A DNA stretch of 62,150 nt, counting the filler, from Sphacelaria rigidula (lineage: Eukaryota): NCBI GenBank assembly GCA_964200075.2. It is 9 parts of 9 records of this genome, joined end to end, with 100 filler letters (N's around TTAATTAATTAA, not from the genome) between each part and the next. Parts side by side here need not be neighbours in the genome. Positions count along the whole stretch, not along the records: positions 20,755 to 27,571 come from CAXNAA020017934.1; positions 27,672 to 34,487 come from CAXNAA020017935.1; positions 34,588 to 41,403 come from CAXNAA020017936.1; 6 more parts are not named here. One strand, 5' to 3'. Below, piece after piece: positions 24,499 through 36,640 of the stretch. The notes under the pieces are model-generated. The model was given only the letters and a program-made list of their open reading frames with translations. It did no database searches and had not been told where the DNA came from. Made by a program: the position numbers and the translations under genes. Position 1 is the stretch's first letter; the number at the start of each line of letters is the position of its first letter.

Positions 24499-26662
24499 AA
24501 CCCTTAGACGACGAGCGTCGCCTCGGAACAGTTGTTCAGGCTGACAATCCCGAGACATTCGGGGGTTTCCAGAGCTCGGGGGGGTGGTTTTTGAGGGGGG
24601 GGGTCTCTCCGCAGAGCATCAGAGAAGCTCACGGAGTCAACCATGTGTGTTTGGAAGTTTCCCGCGGGAAATTATGAGCCGTGCACGAGGCCCGAGAGGC
24701 GCGGGATGACCATTCTGACGAATCACGGTCGTCAAAATGAGCACTTTTGTTTCCGTAGAGGTAGACAGCTGGTAGACACCCTCGCTGTCTACCCTCAAAA
24801 CTCATTTCGATCATGCCAAATCAACCATAGATTATATAACCAAGAAGTAGGTGTTCGAGCATTTTCGGTGCACTGTGTCTGTCTAAAAGGTACTGCCTGT
24901 CGTGAGCTTCGCCGGCATTCCTCATCATTCTCTTCACGTTGCACAGCCTGGTGCAACGCCGGCAAAAAACATTTCGACATCCCCTCCTCTGCCATGCCTG
25001 CGCGAGAGAGTACATTCCTGTACTGCTCGCGACACAGCACCAGTGGATGCGTACTGCTCAGAGTTCGCAGTACCATTTGCCCTAGTGACACGGCGCCGAT
25101 AAGCGCGGCACGTGCTACAGGGGCGTTCGCGGCGGTAGTCATGGTGCGATACCTAAACGCACGCTCCGTGCCCTCGGGACGTGCAACACTGTAAGATCCG
25201 GTACGCTGCAGACCGCACGTGCAGCCGCAACACGATACACTACAGACCGCAGAGCAAAAATATGCGGCGTAATAACCAGGTGGTCGACAACCACACCACC
25301 GCCTGTGTTATGACTCTTACAACTATGTCCCTCATATGCACCTCTGGTCCCTTCCGCCGTAGAGTAGGCGTTTTGAGTTGTGACAAAGCAATAATTCTAA
25401 ACCCAAAAAGTGGCTTGTCTACCTCAGTCTACCAGCGGGGGGGTCGCGCGCGAGGGTTGGTCACCTGCTGAATCGGCATTAATTTTGACTTGAAAAAATT
25501 ATGCAAGGTCCAGATGGACTGCTCCCGCCATCTAGGGGTTAACTCTTTTGGGCCTGATCTCCAGTGACAGGGGGTTCACCATTTTGGGTCACCATCCTAT
25601 AGTAATTTTACTAACACAGGGTGCTCGGGGGAAGTACTGTACGGTAAAAGCGTACCCTACTATGTACAGTATGTGGTAATCTTTAGAGGGCGACTGCATC
25701 TAGCAACGCCATGGAACCAGAGACGGAGCTAGAGGCATGAATTCTGTGTATCCCTCTGTTGAGGCGGTACAGCATGCAGTGAGGTCGTACGCGATCGACG
25801 GGAACGAACAAGCTGTGAATAGGCAGCTGATCTCCGTCGCGGAGAACTGCCCAGAACGTGTAAGGGAGTATGCAGCGGCAGCTGCTGCTGCAGTCGGATA
25901 GGCGTACTGTACTGTATGTGCGGCGCAAAGCCCATGCCCTTGGAAGGCCAAGTGTCTCTTGCAACAAAGAGGAAAATCGCGGCTCACCCCGACCACAAAG
26001 GGCTGTGTGGCAAGGTGATGGGGACAATAACACCACCCCAAGCCACAAGTGGCAGGCGGCGGTCGCCACATCCTGTTGAAAGCTCTTCACGGCGACCCAT
26101 AGTGCTTTGATGCATCTGTACATTTCCTGATGTGCACAACACCCGAATCACAGTTTGTACCTACACCTGAAAATAGATTGGATGAAACTTTCGATCTTCC
26201 TCCTAACCCTGCGATTACATGCGTGGATCTTCGGTAACATGAAGCGACTGCTTCGTGCAGACACCAGACACGTCATTCCTAACCAGCCTCATTGGTCGTT
26301 CTGGAGGCCCAGTCCCAAACGGGTCAACCCCTAGACAGCGAGTGTCGCCTCGGAGCAGCTTCACAGGCTGACAGTCCGGACACATTCGGGGGTTCCCAGT
26401 GGCCGAGGGGTGTGGTTTTCGAGAGGGGCGGGTGTCTGTCCGCAGAGGAGCCGAAAAGCTCACCGAGTCAACCATGTGTGTTTGGAACTATCTTGCGGAG
26501 AACTATGAGCTGTGCACGAGGTCCGAGAGGCGCGGGATGCCCATTCTGACCAATCATGATCGTCAAGATGAGCACGTTCTTCCGATTCGGGTGGACTACT
26601 TTGGACTAATTCGCTGTCTCCCCCCACGACTCATTTTGGTCATGGGAAATCAACCATAGGTT
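24499..26662. repeat. Two diverged direct copies of an approximately 335-bp repeat (24499-24832 and 26327-26662)
   Basis: Shared blocks GAGTCAACCATGTGTGTTTGGAA, GTGCACGAGG.CCGAGAGGCGCGGGATG.CCATTCTGAC and AAATCAACCATAG. Confidence 0.8.
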
Positions 26663-27111
26663 GCATGGATGCAAATACCTTGTTTTTTATTCTGCTCGTG
26701 GTCTACGCCGCCTGCCTGACCGCTCATGTATGTGCTGCCAGCATAGCTTCACACTGTCTGTAGTGTTTTTGTTGAGCACTAGGCAGAGACATCAACAGCA
26801 TGCAGTAAATTGTGTTCAGTGGAGAGCGATGGCACACCTATACTGTATTTTGCCGTTGTATCCAGTGAAGACGTATACCACACATACTTACCGACTCTGC
26901 ACGCAATTGACTGCAGGGTCAAAACTGGTCAGGGGTTCTCCGCGACTATATTCTATGTATATGACAAATATCCACATGTTCATGAAAAAGGCGTTTTGTG
27001 TGGCGAGAAAAGAGCAGTTGTGAACCCCAACTGTGACATGCACGCTCTCCCGCTAGAAAAACAAAGAAAAAAATGTACCGCATAATGTATCACCATAACG
27101 ACGGAACGAAA

Positions 27112-27195
27112 AAAGAGGATCTGTCGAGATTCGAACTTGTGACCTCCTTAACTGGAGTCTCCTGCATGACTTGGATTACAGGGGCGCAGCGGTGT
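27112..27195 (-). repeat. Degenerate tRNA-like (Pol III B-box) repeat; second copy at about 57920-58005
   Basis: The minus strand reads GGAGGTCACAAGTTCGAATC...GATCC followed by an oligo-T run. The T-stem is mispaired, so this is not a functional tRNA. Confidence 0.5.
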
Positions 27196-28440
27196 CACAC
27201 AAAAAGAGCCAGACTGGGCGCAATTTTAGGAGTCTTGGCCTAATTTTTACCGGGATCTCCTGAACGCAGTATGTACTAAAATGCAACATTTCTGGGGATG
27301 CCGCCGTTTTTCGTTTTTTCGCGGAGTTATGACAGTTGTCCCCTTCTCCAGAAAATAAAATCCCCCCCTCTTATATCCCCCTGTCCAAAAAATAAAAAGT
27401 ACTTCCCAACCCAACATTCCCATCCCATAGGAGATAGATGGTGGCCAGAGACGGCGAAACAGGAGGGAGATAAGAGATGTAAAAGGTTTTTTGTGTAATG
27501 TATGGAAGAGACGTAACGAGCGCCGGAATGTTGAAGGTGTCTCTATTAGGAGTAGGAACGGTGCTCCGTCTNNNNNNNNNNNNNNNNNNNNNNNNNNNNN
27601 NNNNNNNNNNNNNNNTTAATTAATTAANNNNNNNNNNNNNNNNNNNNNNNNNNNNNNNNNNNNNNNNNNNNTGATTGAGTGCGAGCCTGGTCCGGTGAAA
27701 ACCCGGCGTGCTCCGTCCCGGCTTTGAAGGGATGCGAGGCCAATGGTCTGATGACTATGGCATGCATGATCATGAGTACACCCCCCCCCTCACCTCTACT
27801 GCTCCGTCTCGAAATGGATGTGTGGTCAATGGTCAAACGACGACGGCAAGCAACAAACGAGTATCACCTCCCGCCCCCTTCCCCTCCTTTCCCCTACCGT
27901 TGAACAACTATATCGGTGTATTTGATCACTTTTTAGAGTTGTACAGGAGTATTACAGGTATTGTGCTGTCCTTCTTGCCAGTGGCTGATATTTCTGTGGT
28001 GGGGAGGTTTGTGCATACTTCGTATATGTTTCTGCACGAGTCTGAAATAACGAGAGAGCTCCCGAAAGAAACCATGAAGGCTCGCATGATGATCATCGTT
28101 TGAGAAAGACTTATGAAAATTAGCAGAAGTTCATCATAACAGCGGATCCTGAGAAATGGGGTCCATCTCAAAAATGAGGTTCAAGTGACATTTCTTCTTT
28201 GCAGAGATGACGCAAAACACTTACGATCGAGCGAAGCCGTCTTCCCCCCCAAATATCCACAGCAGTTGAGCAGCTGTGGCTAGGTGCACCTAACGAATGC
28301 GGTGTACACGCGCGTCGATGACAATATCACCATTGAGAGAAGCAACGACAGAGAGGAAGCTCCTCGCCCGTGTCCTTTGTTGATCCTCACTCGGCGATAA
28401 CCAATCGCTCAAGAGACTCGCATCATCGATGTTACCCGCA

Positions 28441-30968
28441 TGTGCGGAAGACTCCTCTTTGCAGTGATATATCGAGACTGATGCCACACATGTATGAAGA
28501 ACTAGCGCAAGCAGGTACAAGGTAGGAACGGTCCGGACGGACCAGATTACCGAGGACCCTGTAATGCCAACGTAACAAAACAACTCGGGGGTCATGCCAG
28601 GAAGAGCCTAATGTTAGGATGGTCCAACATCCCCCGAGAAACCGGTCGCCCCTGGCGACCACTTCTCGTCTGACCTCTTCTTGCCTACATATTCAAGAGG
28701 AAACCATCGCCAGCCTCGGAGTTCCTTCGGCATCAGGACGGCAGTCTCCCCCGGAGATCTCTGACTACTCTAGCGATACGCCTTCCTCATATTCACGACA
28801 CCAGAACAGAACTCAGGTAAGACAGGCCTTAAAAATAAAAAAATAAAACGAGAACCGACTGCTCCCCGACACCGGAAACACTAGGGTCCTCCAAAGAACG
28901 CTATTCCAGGTGAAACGCATGGGTCATGTGCATAATCATTCGAGCTGAGAGGTTATTGAAGTCATGTGCTTGGATCAGCGCGAAATTAGCCCCCTCAGTG
29001 CGCATTTATATGTCACCCGCATGACTAATCAAACAGCGAAACGCGAAGTTTGACTCCTCGGTGTGCAGTACATGTCACCTGTATGGCTAGTCAAACAGCG
29101 AAAACGCGAAATTTGTCTCATCAGCGTACATCATATGTCACCAGGGTGGCTAGATAAACAGCGAAACGGCACTTATCCACCATCCTTTCATCACCATAGT
29201 GCGAAAGGCATGGCAATTCATCAAGCAGGCCGACCTCTGCAAACGCGGTGAAAAATAGCACTAACAAACAAATTTACCCAACCTGCGAATGCACGACCTT
29301 GCAATTCCCTACCATTGAGCAAACGAAGGGATGTGTATTGGATGGTCTCACCGCATCCCAGCCTACAAGCTGAGAGGGGTTGAAAACTACAGACAGTTCA
29401 AGATCCCACACCTCATCACGCATGAAATGGAGAAAAGCGTCAACCGTCTGGTGACAAAAAAAACATATCGGAGAGATGCGGGTTTCTTGGTCAGTATACA
29501 AAGACTCACTCCTGTAGAGGGGCACCAAAACAGCCCTCAGTTGTGATGTAAAAGTAGATACAAGGAGCACAAGCTGGAAAGAGCACGATGAGAGTTGGTT
29601 CCTAAGCAGCCTTCGAAGCAACCGTGGAAAAAGCAATGCACAACACGAGGGCCATCATCGTCGAACATGACGTTCAACTTGTTAAGGCTCTCATCATGCT
29701 ACATTTTGCGCCGTACTCTCATGAATCGGTACGGTTAAATCCCGCGCTGACACAAGTTCAACCGGCAGTCAGGAAAAAACAACAATATTGTAAGCAGGGG
29801 CTGTTGATTCCAAATCGAAACACCACTCTTCTTTTTTTCAATCCGATCTTGGACGATCACTGATATGACTCATACAACGCATCATCGCTCGCCAGGTATA
29901 CAGATGCGCCCTTAGCGCTATCCTGTGCATCAGCCCGTGTGCGAGTCGCAGCCAGAGTAAACGGCACCCCCGCTGAAAAAATCACGATCGATTCTGAAGC
30001 AGATGTGCCGAGTATCAGCAAAACGTTCATGGATGAACATCCGGCCATCATGGCAGCTGATATAAAGTCAGTATCGCCGGGATCTATGGATCTCGGCAGC
30101 GCGGACGGCTCCCCCATAAAAACCCTAGGGCTCATTCGTTTCAAGCTTATATTAGGGATAAAGATCCTACCAGTAGAGCGTTTGTATTACCTAACCTGGG
30201 ACCAGATTGTCTATTACTAGACAACTCCATTGTGAATGCTTTCCAAGCTATACTCGACTGGCAAGCGGAAGAATGGACATTCCGTGACTCCCGTACAAAA
30301 ATCAAAGTATCGCATCGAAGACAACAACGTTCACAACATACAATATACCCCGAAACGACGCATTGTTCCGTAGTCAGTGTGAACTGTTCGAACGCTGTTC
30401 CAGTTTTTATCACGAAGAAATGCAGTGTCTCCGCAGAGTGAGATGGCAGTATTAGTTGAAACGGAAAATATCCCGTCAACAACAACAGCAGCTGTTGCAG
30501 AGCCACGCATAATAACGGAGGGAAACATTCGATCACCCGATGTACCCCCAAAGTGTTCACGCGCATCATTGTTGCAAGGATAGTGTGCACGTGGTCGGCA
30601 ACAAATAAAACGGCAATGTGTGAGGAAAGCGTATCGCTAGAGTAGTCAGAGACCTACGGGGGAGACTGTCGTCCTGATGCCGAAGGAACTCCGAGGCTGG
30701 CGATGATTTCCTCTTGAATATGCAAGAAGTGGGGGGTCAGACTAGAAGTGGTCGTCAGGGGCGACCGAGACCTCGGGGGATATTGGACCGTCTTAGCATT
30801 AGGCTCTACCTGGCATGACCCCCGAGTTGTTTTCTTACGTCGGCATTACAGGGTCCTCCGTAATCTGGTCCTTCCGGGCCGTTCCCACCTTGTCCCTGCT
30901 CGCGCTAGTTCTTCATACATGTGTGGCATCAGTCTATGATATGTCACTGCAAAGAGGTATCCTCCACA
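28441..30968. repeat. Inverted pair of approximately 350-bp repeats (28441-28793 and 30615-30968)
   Basis: Reverse-complement match along the whole length, e.g. GATGCCACACATGTATGAAGAACTAGCGC and CGCCAGCCTCGGAGTTCCTTCGGCATCAGGACG. The ORF track shows matching translations on opposite strands. Confidence 0.9.
28979..29168. repeat. Minisatellite, about 63-bp unit, 3 copies
   Basis: Recurrent ATGTCACC...AAACAGCGAAA units. Confidence 0.75.
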
Positions 30969-32100
30969 AATGGTGCAAATTGCCAACCCGTCGAGCCGAC
31001 ATGTGAACCTGAAACGTAATACGATTTAATGCTAAATCACCTCAAAACAAGACACGAAACCCCGGGAAAACTTTATAATAATGATAAGAAACAAAAACCG
31101 GAGAAACTTCAATTTTCCCGGACATCCTCTCACTACGACTGTTTGCGCTACTCCAGAGCAACGAAAAACTGAAATCAAACAGTCGCTTACACAAATATGT
31201 GGTAACGTGCCAAAAGACCATGCGCTGCAAATAGCTGAACCACATATCACCGTCAAGTATTAGCTGAGAAGCTCGGCCGTTTGAAGCCAGTGCAAAGTGA
31301 CCGAGAGCTGTCAGTCAACCGGCAAGAATTTTCCGATGGGACACGTTCCGGTAGGACGGCCATGCGAGGGAGTGTCGACAGACCTAGTCGAATACAAGAC
31401 AGCTTCGATGTCCAAAGCTGGAGTACTATGTAGATAGGTACTGTCAGTAATGATCCACCTCACAGGATATGCCTTTCTCATTTCGATCCCAAATAAACAG
31501 ACCACTTTGATAGCCAGAACTTATTGATAGAGTTTTACCATATTTGGCATCCGGGAAAAGCAAGGAGACAAAAACAAATTAAAACCGTTCCCAGTGTTCA
31601 AACCCGGTCAAAAGGTACTCTCGTACCCACCATACCAGGACTCAGAAGGGCCGAACCCGGAACTTCAATTACCATGGAGAGGACCTTTCATGATAACCGA
31701 GAGACGACCGCCGCTTGTGTATATAATCAAAATAGGCGACGACTCTGAAAAAATGTCAGTACATCCCGCTCACTTGAAGAAATATCGTCCGTGGGAAACG
31801 CCACCCGCTTCAGATGTCGATAAATCGAGAGAGTTTCTCCTAGACAAACGGATACCTCTACCAGAGAGACCAACCAGACGAAGCTTTGCCTACAATAGAA
31901 CGATTACGCTGTCGAAAAAGTGGTAGTCTACGCTCCAGGACCAGGTCGGGGAAGACTTTATAACCATAAGTATAGGTTGAGACTCAAAAGCTACGGCCCA
32001 GCAGCTGACCTAACCTATCGAGCTGATGAAACATCACAAGGTGGACACTTCATCGATATATACCGTCATGGCAGCGGGTTAGCAAAGCGCTCCCATCCGG
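29930..32100 (+). mobile_element. Degenerate Ty3/gypsy retrotransposon: aspartic protease, integrase remnants and chromodomain-like tail; RT/RNaseH not found
   Basis: Protease RVNGTPAEKITIDSEADVPSIS...ADGSPIKTLG; integrase PMGHVPVGRPCEGVSTDLVEYKT and HLTGYAFLISIPNK; GPY/F region LQLPWRGPFMITERRPPLVYII...VHPAHLKKY; chromodomain-like YRLRLKSYGPAADLTYRADE. Confidence 0.85.
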
Positions 32101-32442
32101 AGTCGAAATCCGAAAATACCAGGTAGGTACCGGAAACGGATGTGACTGTTCAACAGACTGTTCGAGCGTCCTAGCAAAACGCTCATGGGTTGAGCAGTAG
32201 CCCGGGGTCACAATTCGGCGATCAATGAGAGTCACAAAAGAAGAAAACAAAAAACGACTTTAGAACAATGCAGACATGAACGGGGAAATATCTAACATGT
32301 CAACGGTGACTGGAGTGTAACTTCCCAAGGAAGATAACCTCTCAGCAATCGGGGTAGTGCTGACAAGGAGAAAAAGCATTTCGATGATGTTTAACCAAAG
32401 AGCACAAGGCTCGCACGATAAACATCATACCCATCTCTTAAC

Positions 32443-32860
32443 AGCGTGGATTCGTTATTGAGGCTCAACATTTTAATGAGTATCAACTCGAAAACCGTAC
32501 TTTCCCTGACCTAAAGTCATGACCAATGAATTTCACATGGACGACCTCATGCCCCACGACCTCCTTAAAATTATTCCTGGGGGTTGCCCGTGTTCCGTGC
32601 CCCCAAAGCGTATGTGCGAAAGCACCTTTTTAGCCTCGATATCGGGGCGAAAAAGGGGACGTTTTTAGCCCGAATTTGGTGCTTTCGCACATACGCTTTG
32701 GGGGCAAGAAAGACGGACAACCCCCGAAAATAGTTTCAAGAAGGTCGGGGGGCATGAGGTCGTCCATATGAAATTCATAGGTCATGACTTCAGGTCAGGG
32801 AAAGCACTGTTTCCGAGTTGAAACGCATTAAACTATTGAACCTCAACAACAAATCCAGGC
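32443..32860. mobile_element. Long foldback element (MITE-like), arms of about 190 bp with a loop of about 40 bp
   Basis: Arms 32443-32635 and about 32678-32860 are reverse complements, including a perfect TGCCCCCAAAGCGTATGTGCGAAAGCACC core. Confidence 0.85.
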
Positions 32861-32864
32861 TCTT

Positions 32865-33773
32865 ACTATCAGTTCTCCCTGCTTACAATGCGACGTGAAG
32901 AGGACTTTAGCAACGTGCAGCTTCGTACAGACTGCACTATCCATGAGCGTGCAAGTAACTCGGTTGCCCACCGTACCATGCAGTTCTGTCACTGATGCCC
33001 ACCATGAGAGAAGACGTGCAAGTTTTCGCCAACAAAAAATAACAAAGTATACCCAGCTACTGCAGTGTATCTATCTATCCCTGTGCTTTACTCGTGCTCA
33101 ATGCTGCAGGGTTGCGGCGGTAGCTGAGAACGGGTGGGCATCTTACCCGTAGTTTTCAACCTGCGTGCAGATCTGGTCTAATTTGTACAAAACTGCTTGT
33201 CGATAGGACTTAGGACTAGTGGTTAGGGCCTGTCTTTTCGATCGAAAAATGGAGCGGTGGAATCAATCTAAGATTCATCGTTTTGGCGCAGTTGGGTCCA
33301 GATGGATGTTCAAGCTTTCGATCCAAAAAATACAGTGACATAAGTGACACAGCACATGGTCACTTGTGTACAATACACACAGTCTGTACTGTCTGCACCG
33401 CTTGCAAGCAGGGTATCTTGAGTGCGTGTGTGCGTGTTTCGTTCAGGAGGATATGAAGGAGAAGCGGGCAATATGCAGTGCAGATAGCCCAGGACTATCA
33501 GTTCTCCCTGCTTACAATGCGACGTGAAGAGGACTTCAGCAACGTGCAGCTTTGTACAGACTGCACTATCCATGAGCGTGCACGCAACTCGGTTGCCCAC
33601 CGTACCACGCAGTTCTGTCGCTTATGCCCACTATGAGAGAAAACGTGCAAGTTATTGCGAACAAAAAATAAAAAAGTATACCCAGCTACTGCAGTGTATC
33701 TATCTATCCCTGTGCTTTACTCGTGCTCAATGCTGCAGGGTTGCGGTGGTAGCTGAGAACGGGCTGGCATCTT
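32865..33773. repeat. 280-bp direct repeat pair (32865-33144 and 33494-33773), over 90% identical
   Basis: Near-identical sequences. The ORF track gives near-identical translations at 32895 and 33524. Confidence 0.92.
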
Positions 33774-34847
33774 TGCGATGTAGGTTTTTTGCGTACAGTC
33801 CGTGTTCAGGCTCTTGAAAACACTGCAGAAATTGTGCTGTCTTTTCTTGTCTTGTGTTCAATGTAATACTCTGTATTCCATACACCACTGCAGAGTTGTC
33901 TTGTTTTCAGTATATTACACTGTACTCCATATAGTGAAGTCATGTTTTGAGCAGTTTTTCGAAAAGTTCTGCTTGTTTTTTCGAAAACTCTCCTTGTTTT
34001 TTTCAAGTATTCCGAAAAAACGAGAGTGTTCTCTGTCACAGAAATCTAATGCCGAATCTGGAATAGCTCAAGACAACAACCAATTTGAAAATTCGAATTG
34101 GAATTGGAATTGGAATGACGCTCATTCACACCGATCGACGCCGTTTTGAACCAAATACAAGCGCAGCGCGAGTGTGGCACGTCGTCTGACACACTTATGA
34201 GCCTCTTTATTCGTGCAATCAAATACCCTTCTTCCCCCCCCTCCCTATCGTGAGACACACATCAAGCAGTGTGTAAGCCGTGGCTATCTCTGGCAGTAGC
34301 GATACCAGATAATAAAGCAACTCATTGTAGGCTGTCATCCTAATGCAAGATGATCAGTAGTAGGCTTCGGGCCGAGCAGTCTTCGCAGGATGCAGCTCAC
34401 CCTTCATGCGACTCGCCAAACACACCACGGCGCTTCGCGCGTGGTGGTTGAGTGCGAGCCTGGTCCAGCGAACACCCGGCGTGCTCCNNNNNNNNNNNNN
34501 NNNNNNNNNNNNNNNNNNNNNNNNNNNNNNNTTAATTAATTAANNNNNNNNNNNNNNNNNNNNNNNNNNNNNNNNNNNNNNNNNNNNGCTCGACCACCAT
34601 CATGGTTACCGCAAAAAAAAACGGTAAAATGGTCGTCTAGCTTACGTAGTGAGTGGCGTGTTGTATAGCGTCATCGCCAACCGACGCCAACCCCATAAGG
34701 GGTGGATATACCCAAGGAGGGTAGGACGACGCCAGAGAGTTGGATCCACCCGAAGCTGCAACTGAATTGCACGCCAGTACGTAGCCTTTTGCGAAGAAGA
34801 TTTCTCGCCACGGAGTATAGAGTACGATGGATTCATATACTTGATTT

Positions 34848-35221
34848 CAAGGGTCGGGTGAATTAATCATCGCTGGGTCGAGAAAACTAAATCTACGATT
34901 TCTGAGGCCTGATTGCTCGAAAGAGGGGGGAAAGTTGACCGCGGGTCGACAGTCTCTCCACAAATTTCGCGCTATTCCGCGTGCCTGGGTTGCGTGTAAC
35001 TTGACCCTTTGACCGCGAGGGTGTAGTTCACCTGCTGAATCGGCATCAATTTTACCTGTAAAAAAGTATGTATGGTCAAGATGGACTACCCGCATCGCGA
35101 TCGAAGGGTAAACCTGGGGTGAAACGCTGAAAACCAAGCCCGAGGATTGATTCGAACGGTACAGATCAGTTACACTAAAAGCAAGTACTTTTCAGACGAA
35201 TCGTAATTCCTCCGACCCTTG
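34848..35221. mobile_element. MITE with CAAGGGTCGG terminal inverted repeats
   Basis: Termini CAAGGGTCGG...CCGACCCTTG, the same as 40137-40705. The internal segment CACC.GCTGAATCGGCAT...AGATGGACT is also found at about 14740 and 25460. Confidence 0.7.
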
Positions 35222-35410
35222 GTTTTTGGTTGATGATGGCACATATTACGGGTCTCCAAGAGTCCAGCCGTGGTCATTAGGCAGACGTACCCAAGTCGAA
35301 AAAGTGGGTAGGCTCATGTTCATATATTCGGAAGTGCAATGAAGATGTGTCCAGGGTGGAAAAGCTCCGTCAGCCTATAGTACACACGCCCATCGAGAAC
35401 GCCGGCTTAC

Positions 35411-35489
35411 TTTTGATAGTCCCCATAAGCTGGATGGCCACGTTGCGCGCCGCCTCGTATGCTTCTTCTTCGTTCAAGTCTTGCCCGAC
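35411..35489 (-). CDS. RidA/YjgF/UK114-family protein, exon 3 (VGQDLNEEEAYEAARNVAIQLMGTIK)
   Basis: AAG acceptor and GTAAGC donor. The phase-0 join gives TGK|VGQDL, matching the G.VG.DL..E.A.EAAR motif of this subfamily. Further exons lie off the contig or were not recognised. Confidence 0.85.
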
Positions 35490-36392
35490 CTTTTTTTGTT
35501 GTTTCCGGGAATGATACAACACAAAACAACGAAAAGGGTACACAGTACAGTTAAGTTCACCACAGTATGGGCACATCGTATGGGTACACTGTATGGGCAC
35601 ACGGTACATCGTGATGCAGGAACGGTGATACAAGGTGGTGGCTTATCTGGCACGCCATTAGGGTGGAAATGTTACGGAATTCGAACCCCGGCAGCCATGG
35701 TATGTGTGAGCTGATTCTGTTTTCCACCGAGGAAATCGTGAGGACGCGAGTAGAGGAGAAGATTCGACGAGAGTTGACAGGGTGTACTAGTGCTGACCAT
35801 CATCCAACCCCCGATACCAAAACGTCAGGCAGGTACAGTACCGAGGGAGAGATGGATCGACCCTTCGAGCATGTGGAGAGTATGACAAAAAGCGATACAC
35901 AGAGTAAGTACATCACGGTACGGAGGAGATCCACTGCTCGCGCCGGACTTTTCCCGAAATGAAAGTGGTCTTTACTCGTACTGTATTCCATATCATCAAC
36001 ACGGGCTACCGCTGTTGGAATCGTCATGCGCAGAGGTAGGTGGGGAGCGCGGGGAGACGGGGGGGGGGGGGGGGGGGGGGGGGGGGAATTGTTTGTATGG
36101 TGGTTTTTAAGAAAAAGGTTAAAGATATTTTTTTTTTNNNNNNNNNNGGGGGGGGGGGGGGGAGGGGAGGGGGGGTATCTCATCTCATGATAGTTTCTAG
36201 ATAAGAACTTCAGATCATTTTTTATTTACGTAGAGTTACCGGTATCTTAATATAGACATTTAGATACAACGTCAACGTTTTCGACTGCTGAGCGTGCGTG
36301 GCTCCCTTCCTCGATTGTTCACTCTTTCCCTGCGGCAGGTCTTTGAGCAAAAATTGTATTTTCAGTGGCTCTTCACTTGCAGAGCAACCTCT

Positions 36393-36640
36393 CACATGGT
36401 CATCTTTGAATGGGGAACGAGAATCACATGATCATATTTCAGTCGGGCACGAGGCTGGTATGACCATCGTTGAATCGGGAACGAGTCTCGCGTGACCATA
36501 TTTGAATCGGGCAAGAGTTTCGCATGACCATCTTTAAATTGGACACACGTCTCACATGACTATCGTTGAACCGGACGGAAAAGCGAAATTATCGCATGAC
36601 TTATATCTCAACCGGGCAAAAGTTTCAAATGACCATTCGT
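36393..36640. repeat. Degenerate intronic minisatellite (unit about 30-45 bp, CATGACCATCGTTGAATCGGG-like)
   Basis: At least six imperfect copies, with further partial units near 36820-36885. Confidence 0.7.

Noticed and set aside
27672..34487. Contig 5 begins and ends with similar 43-bp sequence, suggesting a circular element
   Set aside because: The two copies differ at several positions and belong to high-copy repeat family A, which also ends other contigs.
36393..36640. CRISPR-like repeat-spacer pattern (also 28979-29168)
   Set aside because: The units are degenerate tandem copies without unique spacers. There are no cas genes, and the context is a eukaryotic intron or retroelement.
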